Shown here in pieces: positions 45,002 to 52,941 of a stretch of 52,941 nucleotides of DNA. Both the position numbers and the translations under genes were made by a program. Each line of letters starts with the position of its first letter. The first letter of the stretch is position 1. Below the pieces are notes generated by a model, which worked only from the letters and a program-made list of their open reading frames with translations, searched no databases and had not been told where the DNA came from. This stretch comes from a virus (lineage: Duplodnaviria; Caudoviricetes), in the IMG/VR virus record IMGVR_UViG_3300018984_000007, positions 1 through 52,941 of that record; one strand, 5' to 3'.

Positions 45002-45477
45002 TGCCTCGGTTCCTGACGGCGATCAGGCACCTGGTTTCAACGGCGGACCCGTCGACTCCCACGCCGTCAGCAGGAGACGAGTATTTCAACTCAACCACTG
45101 GTGCCAAGAAGATTCACAACGGTACGGCTTGGGTTTGGTCTAGCGTATTCATTCAACCGTTCACGATTCAAGGTGCGCTGACAGTTGGTATCACCGGTCG
45201 CAAGCAGCGACTGTACAACCGGTCTGGTTCACCTTGGACAATCGTGGGTGCGGATCTGTACATTGCCACTGCTCCGACGGGGTCGGGGGTCACGGTTCAG
45301 GTGAACAAGAATGGTGCGTCATTGTTCACGTTGTCGGTAGCTGCGGCTGGTAACGCGGCTAACTCGGCACCCAACGCCGTTGTCGCTAATGGTGACTACC
45401 TTGATTTGGATGTTACGGCGATCGGTTCTACTGTTGCGGGGTCAGACCTGTCCTTCACGTTATCCATCATAAGTTGA
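45001..45477 (+). CDS. Fibre-associated structural protein
   Basis: GDEYFNST; TAPTGS..VNKNG..GDYLDLDVTAIGSTVAGSDL. Confidence 0.65.
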   Translation: MPRFLTAIRHLVSTADPSTPTPSAGDEYFNSTTGAKKIHNGTAWVWSSVFIQPFTIQGALTVGITGRKQRLYNRSGSPWTIVGADLYIATAPTGSGVTVQVNKNGASLFTLSVAAAGNAANSAPNAVVANGDYLDLDVTAIGSTVAGSDLSFTLSIIS

Positions 45478-45489
45478 GACGAGGAATCC

Positions 45490-45924
45490 ATGGCACGCTT
45501 TGCTGCCTCCGGTAAGACCCTGGCTACCGCCGCCAACAGCAATATCTTGTCGATTCGGTCGACCGCCACTCAGCGTGCGCGTGTTCTCGAACTGCACTTG
45601 TTCGCGGAGACAGCTGTTGCATGGGTCAACCCAGCCTTGTTCTTGACCACTGTGGTGGACACCGCTGGGACGGCTGTCGCCGGGCAGAGGGAGGATTCCG
45701 GGTCAGGTGCCCCGACGTGTGTTGTGTCGACGATTCCGACCGGTGGTACGCTCGCTGCCGTGGCCCATCGACGAGCAACGATTCCTGGGTCAGTCGGCCA
45801 GGGTATCATCTGGATTTGGCCGGACAGCGACCCGCTGCGAGTTCCACTGTCGTTGTCGATGCTGCTTCGTAATGATGGTGTCGTTGGACCTGCGATCACG
45901 TGGACGATCGTCTGGGACGAGTAA
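45490..45924 (+). CDS. Virion protein (beta-sandwich)
   Basis: GAGGA RBS; 144 aa ending WDE. Confidence 0.6.
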   Translation: MARFAASGKTLATAANSNILSIRSTATQRARVLELHLFAETAVAWVNPALFLTTVVDTAGTAVAGQREDSGSGAPTCVVSTIPTGGTLAAVAHRRATIPGSVGQGIIWIWPDSDPLRVPLSLSMLLRNDGVVGPAITWTIVWDE

Positions 45925-45927
45925 TCC

Positions 45928-47976
45928 GTGGCGCGGACAACCAAACTCATCACAGCGGCTACCGGTACCGGTGTCGTTGGGGGCACGCGTCCGCCGTCGC
46001 TGTTTCGCACCCAAAAGTACCGCCCCGATGGTAATGAATCGAAAACCACCATCGTTGGTAAGCCGACGATTCCTCATTTCTTTGAGGATTACGAAGCCGG
46101 TAATATCAGCCGGTGGACGGTGGTCGCCGGTACCCCGCTGGTCACTTCAGCGGCAGCGTACGGTGGATCTGGATTCGGTGTTCGACTTTCACCTGGTAGT
46201 GGTGTTGGCGCGGGGTTCGGTACGTCCACGAACAAGTGGCCGCAAACTCACACCTGGGCAATCGTACGCACCCGATTCCGATTCAACACACTTCCATCTG
46301 GCACTTCGGGCGACATTTTCACGCTGCAGAGCATCACGCAGACCAATAACACTGACTTGTTTTACGACAATGTCACCGGTCAACTTAAGGCAGACATTGC
46401 AGCTGCCGACACTCTGCTGATTCCCGGTACGGTCACAACCGGCACTTGGTACACGGCCGAAGCTCGAATATTCGTTGGTGCAACCACTCACACTGCTGAG
46501 TTTCGCATCAATGGAACTACTGCCGGTACTATTAGCTCAGCGGGTAATACCAGTACATTCATTCGTTCGTTGACTCTTGGTGCGACCTCCACTAACAAGA
46601 CGTTCCAGATCGACTATGACGACACATACGTTTACGTTGCGTCGGCGCAGCCGGATTGGATCGATGACTGGACTGTTGCTGGAAACCCTGCGGTTGACAC
46701 GCTTACCGACGACTTCACCACTAAGGATCTTACGAAGTGGACGTGGGACGCAGCGGCCAGCGTATCCGGTGGTAACGCGGTAATCCCCTGTACCGGCGCT
46801 TACTCGACGATCTATTCGAACACGAATTATTCTCTAACCGGTTCATCCATCATGTTGAAATGGGCCGGGCTTCCCACTAAGGTGGGTGACGGAACTCAAG
46901 AGGCTCTGTTCATCGCGTACTCGGGTGGAGTAGTCCAAACCAGCAACTACTGGTCGATTTTCTGGACAGCCGGTGGTGCGGGAACACAGGCGATTTGCCT
47001 TCGCGAGATGGAGGCCGGATCCGCTGCCAGTGACGTTTATGTCAACTGGGACGCGACCGCCATGGCTTATTGGCGGATCCGCGAAAGTGGCGGAATAATA
47101 TATTGGGAAACCAGTCCTGATGCGACGACGTGGACAATTCGTCGCCAGAAGGCTCCTGCCGCTGGCATGGATGCGACGACCGTCAAGATCGGTTTGCAGA
47201 CGGGTTACTGGGGAACCGGTGGTGCGTCTGGTAATTTTCTAATCGATAGCATTAATGTTGCGCCGATAGTGCCGACGGGCCAAGTTGCATTTGGCTCATC
47301 GTCCTCGGCAGGGGACATGGTATCGGGGGTTACCAGTAGAACAGTGAACGTCCCGACTGGGGCCGCTATTGGCGATGTGATGGTGGCGGTTCTGGGGCGA
47401 TGGGGATCGGGCAACCCAGCGGTGACGGCTCCGGCCGGGTGGTCACAGAAGGTAGAATACGCTCAAGGCGGAAACTTCGCAGGATCAACCAACAAGACGA
47501 TGATCCTGTGGAAGCGACTGACCGCCGCTGACACTGGCACCTACACATTCTCCTGGACCGGAGGGTTGTGGGCACATCTTCACGTGGTTCGTTTCACTGG
47601 GGTTCTTGCATCAGGTGATCCGATCGGAACGTTACATACCAGCGCTGACACCGGAAGTTCCGGCGCGACTACTTACCCGTCCACCACATTGAATCCAGGG
47701 TTTGTCGGCGCGGGTATGCTTTGGCATGGTTACAACGATGCTGGTGGAACATCCACCCCGCCAACCGGTTACACGACCACTCAGGGAGGCGGGGCAACTT
47801 CAAATGCCATTACCGCCTACAGGTTCCCGACTGGCACTGGGCCACATGTCGCGTCTGGCGGTACTGCTCCAAACACGATACTTCAATCTGTACTAGTCGC
47901 GCTTCAGCCCGCCCCGCCTGGTGGCGGCACAACTACTAACCGGTTCATCGGATGGGGATGGGGAGTGGCAGTGTAA
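45928..47976 (+). CDS. Multi-module lectin/LamG-like adhesin
   Basis: 682 aa Thr/Gly/Trp-rich; three beta-sandwich-like modules; YWRIRESGGIIYWETSPD. Confidence 0.65.
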   Translation: MARTTKLITAATGTGVVGGTRPPSLFRTQKYRPDGNESKTTIVGKPTIPHFFEDYEAGNISRWTVVAGTPLVTSAAAYGGSGFGVRLSPGSGVGAGFGTSTNKWPQTHTWAIVRTRFRFNTLPSGTSGDIFTLQSITQTNNTDLFYDNVTGQLKADIAAADTLLIPGTVTTGTWYTAEARIFVGATTHTAEFRINGTTAGTISSAGNTSTFIRSLTLGATSTNKTFQIDYDDTYVYVASAQPDWIDDWTVAGNPAVDTLTDDFTTKDLTKWTWDAAASVSGGNAVIPCTGAYSTIYSNTNYSLTGSSIMLKWAGLPTKVGDGTQEALFIAYSGGVVQTSNYWSIFWTAGGAGTQAICLREMEAGSAASDVYVNWDATAMAYWRIRESGGIIYWETSPDATTWTIRRQKAPAAGMDATTVKIGLQTGYWGTGGASGNFLIDSINVAPIVPTGQVAFGSSSSAGDMVSGVTSRTVNVPTGAAIGDVMVAVLGRWGSGNPAVTAPAGWSQKVEYAQGGNFAGSTNKTMILWKRLTAADTGTYTFSWTGGLWAHLHVVRFTGVLASGDPIGTLHTSADTGSSGATTYPSTTLNPGFVGAGMLWHGYNDAGGTSTPPTGYTTTQGGGATSNAITAYRFPTGTGPHVASGGTAPNTILQSVLVALQPAPPGGGTTTNRFIGWGWGVAV

Positions 47977-49214
47977 TGGGAGTCTTGGAGCGCAAGCCAG
48001 GAGGGCCGGACAACTGGGTCGAACAGACCGGTGGTCTGCCCAAGTACATCGAGCGAATCGCCAAGCACCTGCACTATGAGCGTGGGATGTCGATCTCCCA
48101 CGCGATCGCAACCGCCGTCAACACGGTGAAGCGCTGGGCGCGTAAGGGCGGAGTCGTCAAGTATGGTGACCGTAACAATATGAAGGTCACGGTAAAGACC
48201 CAAGCTCAGGCCGCTGCTGCATTGGCGCAATGGGAGGCCAACAAGGCCAAGGCACGCGTCTTGCCAGGCACGCCGGGGGGTGGTAAGATGCGGCGTAGGC
48301 GGGCAGTCAATCTTTCGGAGGACATGGTGACGTTGGAGGCTCTTGCAGCCAGGGCCAACGCCATTGCTGACCCCGAAGCGCGAGGCCGGGCTCGAATGAA
48401 GGTCCTGGAACTTGCAGCCGGTGGTGGGGGTGGCGGTTCTGCCGCGCCTGCCACATTTAAGGGCAAGGCCGGAGCCGTGAAGGGCAAGACCGCCACCCCC
48501 GGTAAGAGCAAGGAACCGCAGGCTCGCGGCCAGAAGAAGGTCGTTGGAAAGCGGAAGCCGCCTTATCAGTGGAAGCACGGTTTCGTCCCAGTGACTGAGA
48601 AGGCGCTGGACTCGAAGGCTAAGGGTTCGCCCGTTGCCAAGGAGACGATCACCAAGAAGTACGGCCCCGTCAAGAAGGTCGGCAACGCGACCCAGACTCC
48701 CTCTGGTCCACGTGAAACAGCGGATAAGATCGTTGGTGGCCGGGCTCAGGGTCAGACCGCTAAGACTGGTGGAACCGTTTCCGGCCGTAAGGGCATCGTT
48801 GCCCTTAGGTTGCGTGAAGGAAAGAACAGTGGCCGTACCTTCGGTGAAGGTGTTCGCGCAGTCCAGGGTGACCCCAACCGTGACGTAGCCACCCGTGCAT
48901 CAACTGCCAAGCGCACCTGGGACAGCATCCCCGACAACCGTCGAGTGGTCCGCAACGGCAAGCGATACGTCATCGCCAACGTTGCAGGTCGCCAGCAGCT
49001 TACTCCTTGGGTTGGGGTGGGTGGCGGTCCTTCGAAGCCGACCAGCAACAAGCGGATCGTGTCGATCCGAACCGCGCAGGCTGAGTCGATGACCGAGGGT
49101 CAGATCCGTAAGGTTCTCAAGCCCAAGGGCGGAGCAACCGGTCAGGCTCGCGCCCCGTTGAACAAGGCGCTGGGTGCTAAGATCAAGCGTCGGAAGATTG
49201 CGAGAGTAGCATGA
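47976..49214 (+). CDS. Lys/Arg-rich head-module protein
   Basis: NWVEQTGGLPKYIERIA..AIATAVN N-domain then basic low-complexity region; TAATG coupling. Confidence 0.65.
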   Translation: MGVLERKPGGPDNWVEQTGGLPKYIERIAKHLHYERGMSISHAIATAVNTVKRWARKGGVVKYGDRNNMKVTVKTQAQAAAALAQWEANKAKARVLPGTPGGGKMRRRRAVNLSEDMVTLEALAARANAIADPEARGRARMKVLELAAGGGGGGSAAPATFKGKAGAVKGKTATPGKSKEPQARGQKKVVGKRKPPYQWKHGFVPVTEKALDSKAKGSPVAKETITKKYGPVKKVGNATQTPSGPRETADKIVGGRAQGQTAKTGGTVSGRKGIVALRLREGKNSGRTFGEGVRAVQGDPNRDVATRASTAKRTWDSIPDNRRVVRNGKRYVIANVAGRQQLTPWVGVGGGPSKPTSNKRIVSIRTAQAESMTEGQIRKVLKPKGGATGQARAPLNKALGAKIKRRKIARVA

Positions 49215-50554
49215 GCAAGGTTACTCTCTCCCCTGTTGATCTGTCGATCGCGGAAAAGACCGGTCGCCGGACCTTCCGCAAGCAGATTCTCAAGAAGGGG
49301 ACCATCAACTACCAGGGCACGCGGGTCGACTTCGACGACGACTTCCTGAGCGACTGTGTTGAGGCGTTCAAGAACGGCGCGTACGATCAGGTTCCCTTTG
49401 TACTCGCGACTCCGGACAATGCGCATAACATGGACCCGGAGCGCTATCGCGGCGAGATCGTCGACATGGAACTCACTGACGACGGTATCGACGCGATCAT
49501 CGAAACTACCAAGTCCGGCGCTAAGGCGATCGAGGACAACCCCAAGTTGGGGGTGTCGGCTCGCATCGTCCAGGGTCTGGCCAAGGTGGACGGTCGTAGT
49601 TTCCCTCGGGCGATCCAACACGTGCTCGCCACGATGGACCCGAGGCTGACGGGCATGCAGCCCTGGCAGCCGGTCGACCTGGCAATGTATTCTGGTGATG
49701 ACGAAGTGCTCGACCTCACCGCAGCTACCGTGAAGAAGGGAAACTCAGTGGCCACCAAGCCCAAGGCACGCAGCGGCGGGGTCGTTTCGTTCGACCTGTC
49801 CTCGCTGACCGACGAGCAGTTCAACATTCTGCTGTCGACTGCCGTCATGGACCCCGAGACGGACACCGATGACGGGACCGAAGAGCGTACTGTCACCGTC
49901 AAGACCAAGCGTTCCCCCAAGAGGGTCGTCGGCAAGCGCGTCGTCCAGGAGGCTGCGGCCGAAGAGGACGAGGACCTCGACGAGGTCGTCGACGAGGACG
50001 ACGACGACGTGGAGTACGTCGACGAGGAGGGTAACGCCGTCGACGCCGAGGGCAACCTCCTGGAGGACGACGAGGACGCCGAGCTGGAGGACGAGGACGA
50101 GGACGACGAGGACGAGGTCGTCGAGGCTCCGGCCGCTCGCGTCAAGGCCAAGCCTCGCAAGGCGGTTCCCGGCCAGCGTCGCAAGGTGGAGCTTTCCGAG
50201 CCGGTTCGCCCGGCGAAGAAGATGAGCAAGGCGCGTCGGCTGGAGCTGATGCTCTCCGAGCGCGTTTGGGAGAGCGAGAAGTCCAAGTACATCGGCGCTG
50301 GGGTTCCTCCGTTCCTCGTGGACCTGGCCGAGCCGGTCCTCAAGTCGCCGGACTCGCAGCTCCTGGACCTGTCCGAGGTGGGTGGCGGTTCTGTCGACGC
50401 TCGCACCACGATCCGCAAGATGCTGGACGGCGTCAAGGGAATGGTCGACCTGCGACCGGAGATCGGTCACCAGGTCGACCTGAGCACCATCGAGAAGGAC
50501 AGCCCTACCGACCGGGCACTCCAGGCCTGGAACGAGACCTACGGCACGCCCTGA
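49211..50554 (+). CDS. Capsid maturation protease / scaffold fusion
   Basis: N-domain with H..., GVSA, HVLATMDPRLTGM (Mu gpI-like); long Asp/Glu tract; upstream of capsid. Confidence 0.7.
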   Translation: MSKVTLSPVDLSIAEKTGRRTFRKQILKKGTINYQGTRVDFDDDFLSDCVEAFKNGAYDQVPFVLATPDNAHNMDPERYRGEIVDMELTDDGIDAIIETTKSGAKAIEDNPKLGVSARIVQGLAKVDGRSFPRAIQHVLATMDPRLTGMQPWQPVDLAMYSGDDEVLDLTAATVKKGNSVATKPKARSGGVVSFDLSSLTDEQFNILLSTAVMDPETDTDDGTEERTVTVKTKRSPKRVVGKRVVQEAAAEEDEDLDEVVDEDDDDVEYVDEEGNAVDAEGNLLEDDEDAELEDEDEDDEDEVVEAPAARVKAKPRKAVPGQRRKVELSEPVRPAKKMSKARRLELMLSERVWESEKSKYIGAGVPPFLVDLAEPVLKSPDSQLLDLSEVGGGSVDARTTIRKMLDGVKGMVDLRPEIGHQVDLSTIEKDSPTDRALQAWNETYGTP

Positions 50555-50590
50555 CCGGCTGGCCCTGACAAAGAATAAGGAGAACCCAAC

Positions 50591-51031
50591 ATGTCGGGTG
50601 TTAACCCGCGTTACGTTCAGGGTCCGGTTACCTACCAGGTCGTCGAGACGGTCGTCGGTGGGCAGCTGGTCGAGGCTCGTACGGGCGGTAAGGTTGGCGT
50701 CGCTGCCGCCGGTTCCGTTCGGTGCCTCGGCGTCGCGACCAAGGACGCCACCCCCACCGTGGCAGGCACGGGTACCGATGTGTTCGGTAACCCGACCTTC
50801 GCCCTCCAGATGGTCACCGACCAGGTCGCTGTCGGCGGTTCCGACGCGATTTACCCGGTGACTTACTCCGCGAACGCCACCTTCGGTGATCGTCTCGTCT
50901 GCACGGCCAATGGAACGGTCGCCCCTGCTGGCGCCGCTCCTGATGCCCGTACCGTGGTCGGCGTGTGCGCCGAGCCCAATGGTGTCGTCATCGCCACCAA
51001 CGTCATCGGCCTCGCGAAGATCCTGGTCTGA
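50591..51031 (+). CDS. Capsid decoration/cement protein
   Basis: 146 aa Gly/Val/Ala-rich, LGVATKDA; between scaffold and capsid. Confidence 0.65.
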   Translation: MSGVNPRYVQGPVTYQVVETVVGGQLVEARTGGKVGVAAAGSVRCLGVATKDATPTVAGTGTDVFGNPTFALQMVTDQVAVGGSDAIYPVTYSANATFGDRLVCTANGTVAPAGAAPDARTVVGVCAEPNGVVIATNVIGLAKILV

Positions 51032-51069
51032 CGACCCCTCGCGACTGATTTACTAGAGAGGAAAAGCGA

Positions 51070-51987
51070 GTGCCCACCAAGGTCGTTAGTGCACAGGACG
51101 GTCTCCGTCTCACTGTCAACGCCATGACCAAGGACCCGACGCTCATCCCGGCGCGTCTGATCCAGAACCTGGAGAAGGAGTTCATCACTGACGCTCTTCT
51201 CCGGACGCTGCCTGCCACCAAGTCCGGGGTTTATGTCTACGACGAGTCCACCCCGATGTTCGCGGACGGCTCCGCCGCGATCGTCGAGGAGTTCGGTGAG
51301 ATCCCGGTCATCACCGGCCGTCAGGGTGACCGCAAGGCGGCTTACACCGTCAAGCGCGCTCTCGCGATGATGGTCTCTCAGGAGATGATCAACCGCAACG
51401 ACGTGGACCGAGTGAACACCCAGATCCGCCAGATCCGCAACACGATGGTGCGCACCTGGGAGACTTCTTTCCTCCAGGCTCTGTTCACCCTCACCACCAA
51501 CACGCAGGCCGCCGTTGGTGCCTGGTCCGGTGGTACCTCGAAGATCCGCAACGACCTGGCCCTGGCCTCGAAGAAGATCGCGGACTCCGCGCCGACTTCG
51601 GACCCGGACAACTACTTCGGTTTCCAGGCCGACACGCTGGTCATCGGGCACACCTCGCGTACCGACCTGATGACGAACGCGGACTTCAACGCCGCGTTCA
51701 GTTCGCAGGGTCCGCTGGCCGCGAAGAACACCGGCTACACTGGTGAGCTTCCGGGTCAGTTCTTCGGCCTGAACATCATGGTCTCCCGTGAGCTGGACCG
51801 TCTTTACCCCGGTAAGGCGATCCTGCTCCAGCGCAAGGTCGTCGGCGGTATCGGTGACGAGCGTCCGCTGCGGGCGACCGAGCTTTACCCGGACCGTCCG
51901 CGTGAGACGTTCCGGTCCGACCTCGTTCGTCAGTCGGCGGTCGTCATCGACCAGCCCGGCGCGGCGTGCCTCATCACGGGAGTCTGA
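51070..51987 (+). CDS. Major capsid protein
   Basis: 305 aa; VEEFGEIP, KRAL...VSQEMI HK97-fold pattern; position. Confidence 0.85.
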   Translation: MPTKVVSAQDGLRLTVNAMTKDPTLIPARLIQNLEKEFITDALLRTLPATKSGVYVYDESTPMFADGSAAIVEEFGEIPVITGRQGDRKAAYTVKRALAMMVSQEMINRNDVDRVNTQIRQIRNTMVRTWETSFLQALFTLTTNTQAAVGAWSGGTSKIRNDLALASKKIADSAPTSDPDNYFGFQADTLVIGHTSRTDLMTNADFNAAFSSQGPLAAKNTGYTGELPGQFFGLNIMVSRELDRLYPGKAILLQRKVVGGIGDERPLRATELYPDRPRETFRSDLVRQSAVVIDQPGAACLITGV

Positions 51988-51989
51988 GC

Positions 51990-52592
51990 ATGGCAGAGTA
52001 CGTGGTTCTGGCTGACGGGTGGCGTCGGCCGACCAAGATGGCAGACAACGCCACTCGTGACCTTCTGGAGTGGGAGGACTACTCCAAGGGTGATGTCGTC
52101 GAGCTGGACGAAGAGAAGGACAAGGCGGAGATCACCCGCCTGACCCCGGCTTTCCGTCCGGCGATCATGCTCAAGTCGGAGTACGAGAAGGTCGACCCCG
52201 AGTACCAGCGTCAGGTCATGGCTGTGACCGCCGCTCGTGCGGCCACCCTGGGTGGCGCGGGTTCCGCTCTTCCCGGCGACAACCAGCGCGAGTTCCCCGA
52301 GGGTCAGCGTGTGGACGCTCCGGGTTCCGCCGTCGGCTCTGGGGGTACGGACCCCGAGCCGCAGGGTCTCACGGGTGAGGCTGCAGGGGACAAGTATGAC
52401 GACGCCGAGGCGTACTCGTACCCCGAGCTGCAGGCCGAGGCTCGCAGTCGCGGGATCAGCGCGGGTGGCTCGCGGGGTGACCTGGCGGCTCGTCTCCGCG
52501 AATTCGACCGGCTCAACCAGTCCGAGCTGACTCGCCGTGCGGCGGGCGAGGACCTGGACGACGACAACAAGGACGTTGCGCTCAACAACTGA
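51990..52592 (+). CDS. Hypothetical protein with C-terminal SAP/HeH-like motif
   Basis: YSYPELQAEARSRGISAGGSRGDLAARL. Confidence 0.65.
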   Translation: MAEYVVLADGWRRPTKMADNATRDLLEWEDYSKGDVVELDEEKDKAEITRLTPAFRPAIMLKSEYEKVDPEYQRQVMAVTAARAATLGGAGSALPGDNQREFPEGQRVDAPGSAVGSGGTDPEPQGLTGEAAGDKYDDAEAYSYPELQAEARSRGISAGGSRGDLAARLREFDRLNQSELTRRAAGEDLDDDNKDVALNN

Positions 52593-52626
52593 GTGCACGC
52601 CAACTACGACCCTCCAGGAGGCTAAC

Positions 52627-52941
52627 GTGTACTCGTCGGTAGACGATGTTCGTAACGCGTTGGCCCCTGGAGGGTCGGCGTCTGACACCGGAACCGCTGC
52701 GGCGGTCGAGGACAACCAAATCCAAGACGCCATTGCCGAGGCGGACGGCATCATCTCGGTGCATATCGCGTCGCGGTACGAGATTCCGCTGGACATGACC
52801 GCCACCCCACCTGGTGTGGTGGCGGTTTCCCCGGTTCGGTGGTGGTCCCGGACCATCGCGGCTTACCTCATCACGCTAACTTACAAGCGTGGCAAGGACG
52901 TTCCCGAGGACGAGCCAGCTCGGCTGCGGTACGACGAAGTG
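52627..52941 (+). CDS. Head-tail adaptor, 5' part (continues at window start)
   Basis: AGGAGG RBS and GTG 52627; in frame with 5..331 through the terminal repeat. Confidence 0.75.
   Translation, partial: MYSSVDDVRNALAPGGSASDTGTAAAVEDNQIQDAIAEADGIISVHIASRYEIPLDMTATPPGVVAVSPVRWWSRTIAAYLITLTYKRGKDVPEDEPARLRYDEV
52816..52941. repeat. 126-bp terminal direct repeat (copy 2)
   Basis: Identical to 5-130. Confidence 0.95.

Noticed and set aside
49960-50125. GAC/GAG repeat tract
   Set aside because: Encodes the acidic linker of the scaffold protein
1-52941. Integrase, repressor, tRNA, reverse transcriptase/DGR, lysin B
   Set aside because: No recognisable motifs found by eye; needs HMM and tRNAscan confirmation

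Overview
An apparently complete, circularly assembled genome (about 52.8 kb; positions 5-130 repeat exactly at 52816-52941) of a high-GC, long-tailed dsDNA phage. The host is most likely a non-mycolate actinobacterium (inference from gene families, SigA/HrdB-type promoters and no lysin B). No integrase or recognisable repressor is present, so it is probably lytic. Layout: terminase, portal, head-fibre cassette, protease/scaffold and capsid (39.3-52.9 kb), wrapping into neck, tail and lysis genes (0-14 kb); replication and recombination (14-28.4 kb); a nucleotide-modification and accessory block (28.4-34.5 kb); a leftward early-type cassette (34.5-38.9 kb). Main findings: (1) a 9-mer, GGTGGCGGT, present at least 43 times by hand count, in all three reading frames and on both strands; (2) a PurZ/PurZ0-like gene suggesting a 2-aminoadenine (Z) genome, with no recognisable DatZ but an Nmad1/MazG-like protein and an NDT-dUTPase fusion; (3) a hairpin-bounded trio of paralogous secreted 4-Cys proteins next to a papain-like peptidase; (4) three proteins sharing a Cys-cluster/GHDAR motif; (5) CRP-like boxes, an iteron-like origin and structured non-coding leaders. 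All calls are from reading motifs by eye; no database searches were run.
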